In this document: one piece after another, positions 57,835 to 64,000 of the stretch
Numbering within the stretch: position 1 is the stretch's first letter
Layout: each line of letters begins with the position of its first letter
Source of the DNA: an uncultured Bdellovibrionales bacterium
GTDB taxonomy: Bacteria; Bdellovibrionota_C; UBA2361; OMII01
Direction: 5' to 3'
Assembly: GCA_964413875.1 (NCBI GenBank)
Contig: CAYPUA010000009.1
Coordinates: forward strand, 7,289-71,288
DNA length: 64,000 nt
Program-made: the position numbers and the translations under genes
The notes under the pieces: generated by a model
The model's input: the letters and a program-made list of their open reading frames with translations, nothing else
Databases searched by the model: none
What the model was told of the DNA's origin: nothing

Positions 57835-59625
57835 ATGCTAAAGAGCTGCCTACCGTTTCCCTGGCGCGCAATCCTCGGCGCTCTCGTGATCTACTCCGCG
57901 ATTCAGGTCGTGTTTCTGGGGCTCGCCCCGATCGCAGGAAGCACCGAGGCGCGCGAGGCGCAGGTCATAGACACCATCGTGCGCGACGGAGAGTGGATCT
58001 TGCCTCTGCGCAACGGCATCGTGCCATCCAAGCCGCCGCTGTTCCACTGGATAGGGGCATCGATCGGTTCAGCCACCGGCAGCGTGACAGAGCTGACCGC
58101 TCGGCTGCCGTCGCATCTCGCAGCGGTCGGGGTGCTCCTGTGTGTTGCGTTGACGGGGTACTCGCTCGCGCGGCTGACGCGCACTACTGAGAGCGATCTT
58201 CATCCAGAGCGCGTAGCGCTTCTCTCCGCTGGAATTTTGTCGCTCACGTACGGCTTCCACCAGCTGGCGGCTCAAGCCATGGTTGACATGGTGTATTCGC
58301 TCTGTGTGTGGTGCGCCTTGGCGAGCCTCGCGTGTGGCACACGTGTGCAGGATGGGTCGAGCGACTTGCTAACGGCGCGCGGCAGGGGGCTCTTTTGGCT
58401 CTCGTGTGCTCTTGGAATTTTGTCGCGCGGCCCGCTTGGGCTTGCGTTGCCGGGGTTCCTGGCTGTCGCGGGCGGCGTGTGGCTCGTAGGCGTCAAGGCA
58501 ACGGTGCGTGAGGTGTTTAAGCCGAGCTTGGGGTGGCTTGCGATGGCGTTGCCGCTTGCGTGGTACTGCTTGGCGTACGCCGAAGGGGGAGAGGCCTTCC
58601 TCGCAAGGCAGCTTCTTTTCGAGAATGTGCAGCGCTTCATGGGCGGCGAGAAGATAAACGTTGAGGCGTGGTGGTTCTACGCGCCGTCGCTCCTCCGCAC
58701 GACCTTCCCATGGGGTGTGTTGATGCTCGTTGCGTTGGTGGTGGCTCGGCCACGTAGTGGCGTGGCGTCATACCGTGGTGACACCGCTTGGCGGGCTGTC
58801 CTACTACCGTCGGTTCTTTTGTTGGTGGGAGTCGCGCTTTTTTCTCTCTCCAGCGGCAAGCGGCACTCGTACATGCTTCCGCTCCTGCCGCTCGTAGCGC
58901 TTCAGCTTGCGTTGCTCTCCTCGTGCATTTTGGAGCGGGGAGGGCATCCTGCGCGCCTCCGGGTTTGGATTGCGGCGAAGAAAGCTGAGGCTCTCCTGTG
59001 CCTGGCCTGTATTTCGCTCCTCGTGTTCGCTGGTCTTGGGCTTCACGGCGAATGGAGGGGTGAGCCGCTGGAAGCGGTCGTGAAGTTTGCTGCAGGGCCG
59101 CTCACCGCCCGCATGGGGCTCGTGTTGCTTGCAGCTCTCGGGTTCATCTTCGCGTTCAGCAAGACCAGAGCCTGGATGCTGTACAGCAGCGTCTGGATGC
59201 TGATGGTGCTGCTGATGACGATAGTGGTGTCATCAGGCTCGGTGGTGAAGGGCACGCTCAAGGGATTTCCGCTCATGACGGAGCAGCTCCTCATTCTGGG
59301 AGATGGAGGGAAGCGCATCGTCTTTATCAAGGACCCCTTCGACGAATACTTCGATCCGTTTTTCTTCTACCTGCACCGCGAGGTAGCTATTGCATTGCCT
59401 GGTGAGGGACCACTGCCATGTGAGCCGGATGTCGTCTACGTTACGCGGCGAGATCTTCTCGATCAGCGGGCTGGCGCAACTCCTGGCTCGATCCGGGAGA
59501 TGGCAGTCCTTCAGGAAACGCTCCATGCGTTGCGGCAGGATGGCCAGCGCGAGATATCAGTCTTCACGTGCAATCCAACTGGATATCCCGACGAGCGCGG
59601 AGAGGTGTTCTGGTTCGAGGCGTAG
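57835..59625 (+). CDS. GT83/GT39-family (ArnT/PMT-like) polyprenyl-phosphate-sugar glycosyltransferase
   Basis: ATG 57835 (MLKSCLPFPW…). Motif EAREAQVIDTIVRDGEWILPLRNGIVPSKPPLFHWIGA matches the ArnT/PMT E-A-R-Y…W-x-P…KPPL signature. About 12 TM helices. Confidence 0.7.
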   Translation: MLKSCLPFPWRAILGALVIYSAIQVVFLGLAPIAGSTEAREAQVIDTIVRDGEWILPLRNGIVPSKPPLFHWIGASIGSATGSVTELTARLPSHLAAVGVLLCVALTGYSLARLTRTTESDLHPERVALLSAGILSLTYGFHQLAAQAMVDMVYSLCVWCALASLACGTRVQDGSSDLLTARGRGLFWLSCALGILSRGPLGLALPGFLAVAGGVWLVGVKATVREVFKPSLGWLAMALPLAWYCLAYAEGGEAFLARQLLFENVQRFMGGEKINVEAWWFYAPSLLRTTFPWGVLMLVALVVARPRSGVASYRGDTAWRAVLLPSVLLLVGVALFSLSSGKRHSYMLPLLPLVALQLALLSSCILERGGHPARLRVWIAAKKAEALLCLACISLLVFAGLGLHGEWRGEPLEAVVKFAAGPLTARMGLVLLAALGFIFAFSKTRAWMLYSSVWMLMVLLMTIVVSSGSVVKGTLKGFPLMTEQLLILGDGGKRIVFIKDPFDEYFDPFFFYLHREVAIALPGEGPLPCEPDVVYVTRRDLLDQRAGATPGSIREMAVLQETLHALRQDGQREISVFTCNPTGYPDERGEVFWFEA

Positions 59626-59803
59626 CGCAGTGCCAGTGCCTTGTCTAAAAAGTTCGTTCGCCTAATGACGTTGCAGCCTCGAACGAGGCACCAGCCACAC
59701 CTAGCCTGTCTTCGGCGCGAAAGGCGCCGAAAACGAACGGCCCTAAAACTACGCTGAGGGGAATCAAGGTGAAGAAACTTTTCGAAAACAGCGCTAGCTC
59801 TAG

Positions 59804-60277
59804 CTACGCGTCGTCTGGACTGCGCGCAGCCCCGGCTCTGTTGCGCCGCAGCACGCCGTGAACGAAGCGTAGCGAGAGGGTGAGAACAATAGCGAGCAAC
59901 GTCGCGGAAATGGCGAGGTCTTCGCGGTGAAAACCGACTGCCATGCCGATGCTGGCGGTTACCCACATCAGTGCTGCCGTAGTAAAGCCAGACACTCCTT
60001 GCTTAGAGCGAAAGATCGTTCCGGCTCCGATGAAGCCGATGCCCGGCACTATCTGTGCAGCTATACGTCCGGGATCGCCAGCATGAAAGTCTTTCACGCT
60101 CTCCCACGAGAGCAGGGTAAAGATGCAGCTTCCGAGGGAGATTAGCGCAAAGGTCCTGATACTCGGGTCTTTGCCGGCGAACTCTCGCTCGACACCGATC
60201 AAGCCGCCGAGCAGCGCCGCTATAAGGAGCTGGATATTTGAGCTGTTAAAAAAGATTGAGCTGAGGTCAGACTCCAT
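59804..60277 (-). CDS. mgtC: MgtC/SapB-family membrane protein
   Basis: LLIAALLGGLIGVEREFAGKDPSIRTFALISLGSCIFTLL matches the MgtC N-domain (G-x-ERE). 157 aa, no C-terminal ACT-like domain. Confidence 0.8.
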   Translation of the reverse strand: MESDLSSIFFNSSNIQLLIAALLGGLIGVEREFAGKDPSIRTFALISLGSCIFTLLSWESVKDFHAGDPGRIAAQIVPGIGFIGAGTIFRSKQGVSGFTTAALMWVTASIGMAVGFHREDLAISATLLAIVLTLSLRFVHGVLRRNRAGAARSPDDA

Positions 60278-60437
60278 CGGACTAGGGTACCACCGTCAGA
60301 GAGCCCCGGTAAGCTGCGTTATTATCTTGTGACATTGTTGGGTTAGCCGCCTTGAGTCGCTGGTGCCTGCACAGGACCGGCAAGGGAGGCAAAGGTTTTG
60401 CCTCGCTTCGCGAACCTCAATCGGCGATTATCCCGGC

Positions 60438-61019
60438 ATGCAGCAGCTACTCTTTGGCTCTTCGAATCGGGGGAAAATCGCGGAGGTTTCGGCGGTGGGT
60501 ACCCGGCTGGGTATCTCAATCGTCGGGCTCGATGCGTGCAGCGCTGAGGGGCTGGGCACGCCTCCCCATGTGGTGGAAGGGTTGCCGACTTACGAAGCGA
60601 ATGCACGGCACAAGGCGCTCTCGTACGCTCGCTGGGCGGGACGCCCATGTATCGGGGATGACACGGGGCTCGAGATCCCGAGCATGGCCGGCCTGCCAGG
60701 ACTCTACTCGCACCGCTTCGGGGTGCCGCGGGTTGCTGCGCTGCTTGGGTTGCACTATGAGGTGTCGGCGCGATTTGTTTGTTGCGTCGTCTACGCTGAA
60801 CCGTCTGGCCGCACAGTTGCAGTTACCCAGTCTCTCGATGGGCAGCTCCGCAAGCCATCACTCCAAGAAGTTCAGGAGCTTGCCAACGACCCGTTGCCGT
60901 ATGCGCGTCTCTTTACTCCTGTTGGCGAGCGAAAACCGCTGCGCGAGCTTCTACCGCGGGAGGGGTTTCTCTCGCACCGGGGAAAGGCCTTCGCAGAGCT
61001 TGTGCGGGTGCTCCGTTGA
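60438..61019 (+). CDS. rdgB: Non-canonical purine NTP pyrophosphatase (RdgB/Ham1 family)
   Basis: MQQLLFGSSNRGKIAE N-terminal and IGDDTGLEI…LPGLYSHRF blocks. The track ORF starts at 60363; ATG 60438 preferred. Confidence 0.7.
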   Translation: MQQLLFGSSNRGKIAEVSAVGTRLGISIVGLDACSAEGLGTPPHVVEGLPTYEANARHKALSYARWAGRPCIGDDTGLEIPSMAGLPGLYSHRFGVPRVAALLGLHYEVSARFVCCVVYAEPSGRTVAVTQSLDGQLRKPSLQEVQELANDPLPYARLFTPVGERKPLRELLPREGFLSHRGKAFAELVRVLR

Positions 61020-61175
61020 GCCGTCTCCGGGTCCTCGCCCCCAGCTTTTGTAGTGTTTGGCTCTCGCGGCTCAATTCAAACACGCCGCTAACACAATAAG
61101 TGTTGTAACAGCTACAACTTGTGGGCAACCTTGCGCCCATCGCGTGAGCCCCTTTTTTTCCGATGGATGGGTTAA

Positions 61176-62327
61176 ATGATCGCACGAACCGCACAGAGAC
61201 AGGTTCAGGCCCCGAAGGAAGCTGCCGCGGTTGCCGACAAGAAGAGCACGGCAACCGAGATTGGGACGCTGGTCCGAGAGGCAAAGGAGATCTCTGACCC
61301 GTTCGTCGTGGTGGATAAGATGGCCGCGATCGTCGAGGCTCGCGGGCTCTCATCTGAGCGCAAGCTTGCTGCCCTGCTGGAGGTGCTCAAGTCAAAGAAG
61401 GACAACAACCTCGTCGCGATTGGAGGCCTTCACAATCTTCGGCTGATATCGCTGGAAAGCAGCCGTGACTTTGCTCGTGAGCTTCTGGCCGAGAGACCGA
61501 GCGATGACCGCGAGATGGTTCACGGTAGTGCTGTTGCGCAGCTCGTGACCGCGGAAGGTATCGAGAAACGAGACTTAGAGCTTGTGGCTGCGCTTGTGCG
61601 TCATCCCTTCCCGGAGGTTCGAAGCACGTGCCTCCGTGCGTTGCGCTGTATTGAGCCGAAGGCTCGGGAGCCCTTGGTGGCTTTTTTGCTTGAGAACCCA
61701 TCCGAGAAGACCAAAGAGCTTCGGATCTTCTTACAGACGATACCCGAGAGGCCAGTCCTTTCAGGTCCTCCGGCGAAGCCGCATCACGACGCCTCCTGGT
61801 CTGCGGAGCGCAAGGCGGCCGCTTCTTCGGTGGCGCTCGCTCGAGTGAAGCGGGAGAGAGAAGCTGCAAAAGCCGAGGAACGAAAAGAGAAGATCGCCAA
61901 GGTAGCAGCTGACACTACGATCGAGAAGAAAGCCGCAATTTCAAAGTCAGCCCCAGAGGTCTTGCCTGTCGCAAAAGCCGCAATCCCCGAGAGTGCGGCT
62001 AAGCCAAAGCGGGTGGAAGTGGCTGTCGATGTTGACAGTATCGCGGTGTTTCAAGCCAACAGAAAGCCAGAGCTACGGCACCAGACCCTCGAGGCGCTTC
62101 GAAGCGGGGCGAACAGCTCGGTTGCGGCTGCTGAGCTTGTCATAGCCAATCTCGCGGAGATTGCAGTTTTGTACGGCGCTGCTGCTGCGGCGGACTCGAT
62201 GGGGCGGCTTGTGTACCTGCTGTCAGACCCCAGTCTGCCATCGAAGGAACGTGTGCAGTCCTTCGCCTCAGCCCTGGTGCGTGAGGCTACGCGCTCGCAG
62301 CGCGCCAGTGGAAATCAGAACTTCTGA
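61176..62327 (+). CDS. Hypothetical protein with HEAT/PBS-lyase-like helical repeats and central Ala/Lys/Glu-rich linker
   Basis: Repeated about 30-aa helical units (…LVAIGGLHNLRLISLESSRDFARELL…HPFPEVRSTCLRALRCIEP…) and low-complexity centre (…AAKAEERKEKIAKVAADTTIEKKAA…). Confidence 0.4.
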   Translation: MIARTAQRQVQAPKEAAAVADKKSTATEIGTLVREAKEISDPFVVVDKMAAIVEARGLSSERKLAALLEVLKSKKDNNLVAIGGLHNLRLISLESSRDFARELLAERPSDDREMVHGSAVAQLVTAEGIEKRDLELVAALVRHPFPEVRSTCLRALRCIEPKAREPLVAFLLENPSEKTKELRIFLQTIPERPVLSGPPAKPHHDASWSAERKAAASSVALARVKREREAAKAEERKEKIAKVAADTTIEKKAAISKSAPEVLPVAKAAIPESAAKPKRVEVAVDVDSIAVFQANRKPELRHQTLEALRSGANSSVAAAELVIANLAEIAVLYGAAAAADSMGRLVYLLSDPSLPSKERVQSFASALVREATRSQRASGNQNF

Positions 62328-62419
62328 GGCGGCTAGCGTCCTGAAATCTGGTGGTTTCCGGTCCTGATGTCACGCGGTCGAGAACGTGCTAGAAACGGGG
62401 CTTCTAAAGGTGCCCCGAG

Positions 62420-64000
62420 ATGTCCCTAGAACAGAAAGAGCAAGAGAGCATACAAGCTGAGGAGCGGGTGTTCCAGACGGTGCATAGCTCTATCTCCAGC
62501 CAAGTCGAAAGAGCCCGGTCGCGGCTAGCAACGGAGAATCAGCGCGCTCGTGCCCTGACCGCTGAGATCATGGAGACTCGCCGGGTCGACGACAAGGCGC
62601 TGCTCGCTTCGGACGAAGCTGTTTCGCATGGGCTAAAAGACGCAAAGCGAGAAGAGGTTGAGACCCTCAAGAAGCAGCTCGACAATCCGTACTTTGCCCG
62701 CATTGAGCTTGAAGAGGAGTCGGCTGCGGGAAGTCCCACAACAATCGAGTATAAGCTCGGCTTCTCCGCCAATACCGAGTGCCGAATTATCGACTGGCGA
62801 CGAGCCCCGATCTCGAAGCTCTACTACGAGTACAAAGAGGGAGAAGAATACTGCGAGGAGATCCTTGGGCGGGAGCGAAATGGCCGGGTGCGTACCCGGA
62901 ACCGGATCGATGCCAAAGGCGGCAGGCTGGTGGGCATTGAGAACCGCTTTGGCAGCTTCCGCTGGAACGCTGAGGACGGCACGTGGGTTGCGGTCGGCGC
63001 CGGACGAGGTAGCAAGGGCTCTGATGGGCAGCTCCCGGAGATTTTGTCTCTCATAACGGCCGAGCAGTTCCGGTCAATTACGGTTGATGCCAAGAACGCG
63101 GTGCTTATCCAGGGCATAGCAGGATCGGGGAAAACTACGGTAGCGCTGCACCGCCTTGCGTGGCTCCTGCACAGCGACAACTCGCCGCTCAAGGCTGAGG
63201 AGGCGTGTGTAGTGGTCTTGAGTCCTGCCCTTCGCGCGTACGTTGAGAACTCGCTGCCGTCAGCGGGCTTAGCTGGCGTCGGGGTGCGGACGTACCATGA
63301 GTGGGCCGCGAAAACCTTTAAGGCTGCAGCGCGTGGCGAGGATGTGCGGATTGGGCGGGCTGCGACGGGGCAGCAGCCTCTGTCAGTTGCGCTCGTAAAG
63401 CGTTCGATAGAGATGCTCAAGGCGATCGACGCGCAGGTTCAGCGCCGCACGGGAGAGCTGCCACAGCTCGCGGACCTGCAGCGTGAACTGCTTCAGGTGC
63501 TCTCGGCTCTTGAGGGCCAGGGAACGCTTGCTCGTGACGCGGTGCGGCAGGCACGAGAGCTTACTGAGAGAGACTTCGCCGACGGAATACTCGACTGGAA
63601 CGACGACGCGCTGCTCCTGCGAATCTTTCAGCGAATGACTGGCGGTGTTGCGATTGTTAGCGGGAAGGTCGGAAAACTAGGGCACGTTGTCGTCGATGAG
63701 GTTCAGGACCTTTCGCCTGTGGAGCTGGCGACCCTGATTGATGCTGTTACGGAGCGCAGCTCGCTGACCTTAGTGGGAGACGTTTCCCAGAACCTCGATC
63801 GTGCCCAGTCTTTTCCCGGTTGGGAGCAGCTCCGGCGCCACTGGAACTTCGCAGAGGAGATGTCCCACTACGTGTCGCTTGAGGTGAGCCACCGCTCGAC
63901 GCTCCCGATTATGCGCCTCGCGGATTACATCCAGCGCCGAGACCTCGTCAAATCGGGCCGCGCAGGACGCACTCCGATCTGGTTTAAGTGCCGCAACGAG
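62420..64000 (+). CDS. helD: HelD-like (DNA helicase IV family) UvrD-type SF1 helicase, 3'-truncated by the window end
   Basis: Not in the ORF track because there is no stop. Frame from ATG 62420 reads MSLEQKEQ…NPYFARIELEEE…IIDWRRAPISKLYYEY… (HelD N-domain signature), Walker A GIAGSGKTTVALHRLAWLL, Walker B VVVDEVQDLSPVE. Confidence 0.75.
   Translation, partial: MSLEQKEQESIQAEERVFQTVHSSISSQVERARSRLATENQRARALTAEIMETRRVDDKALLASDEAVSHGLKDAKREEVETLKKQLDNPYFARIELEEESAAGSPTTIEYKLGFSANTECRIIDWRRAPISKLYYEYKEGEEYCEEILGRERNGRVRTRNRIDAKGGRLVGIENRFGSFRWNAEDGTWVAVGAGRGSKGSDGQLPEILSLITAEQFRSITVDAKNAVLIQGIAGSGKTTVALHRLAWLLHSDNSPLKAEEACVVVLSPALRAYVENSLPSAGLAGVGVRTYHEWAAKTFKAAARGEDVRIGRAATGQQPLSVALVKRSIEMLKAIDAQVQRRTGELPQLADLQRELLQVLSALEGQGTLARDAVRQARELTERDFADGILDWNDDALLLRIFQRMTGGVAIVSGKVGKLGHVVVDEVQDLSPVELATLIDAVTERSSLTLVGDVSQNLDRAQSFPGWEQLRRHWNFAEEMSHYVSLEVSHRSTLPIMRLADYIQRRDLVKSGRAGRTPIWFKCRNE

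Noticed and set aside
60278-60437. Possible Mg2+-responsive leader or riboswitch upstream of mgtC
   Set aside because: I could not recognise M-box-like conserved blocks by eye. The region also serves as the divergent rdgB promoter.

Overview
This 64 kb window comes from a high-GC Gram-negative chromosome (roughly 60% GC by eye). No taxonomic assignment is possible from the sequence alone. It is almost entirely core and envelope housekeeping DNA. I saw no rRNA or tRNA genes, CRISPR arrays, transposases, integrases or phage genes. About 50 CDSs are called, in order: asd (5'-truncated), truA, an HExxH membrane metalloprotease and asmA. A lipid A/Kdo block follows: lpxB-msbA-(small secreted ORF)-DUF374-waaA-lpxK. 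Then come uvrC, a DUF4124-like gene, convergent ppk1 and ppx, a hybrid histidine kinase preceded by a lower-GC membrane protein, and fbp-pgk-nif3. Next are accD, lptD and a nucleotide-sugar block (rmlD-like, manC, gmd, rmd = GDP-D-rhamnose route), followed by an NtrC-type sigma-54 activator. The one accessory-looking stretch sits here: a signal-peptide, very cysteine-rich 458-aa protein, a small triple-CxxC zinc-ribbon protein, yihY, an M16 peptidase pair, and a protein ending in a roughly 50-residue poly-Asp/Glu tail encoded by GAC/GAA repeats. The remainder is a lipoprotein, ftsK, two unknowns, an isolated gspL-gspM-gspN-like trio directly downstream of mrcA (PBP1A), ruvAB, a DUF4390-like/NtrY-like pair with no adjacent NtrX, a second class-I fbp, a GT83/PMT-family (ArnT-like) glycosyltransferase, mgtC, rdgB, a HEAT-like unknown and a 3'-truncated helD-like helicase. 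Findings are mostly modest context anomalies. The best candidates for something undescribed are the Cys-rich secreted protein locus, the poly-acidic-tail protein, and the orphan GspLMN-type module with its TM coiled-coil neighbour. Coordinates of alternative starts are approximate to within a few nucleotides.
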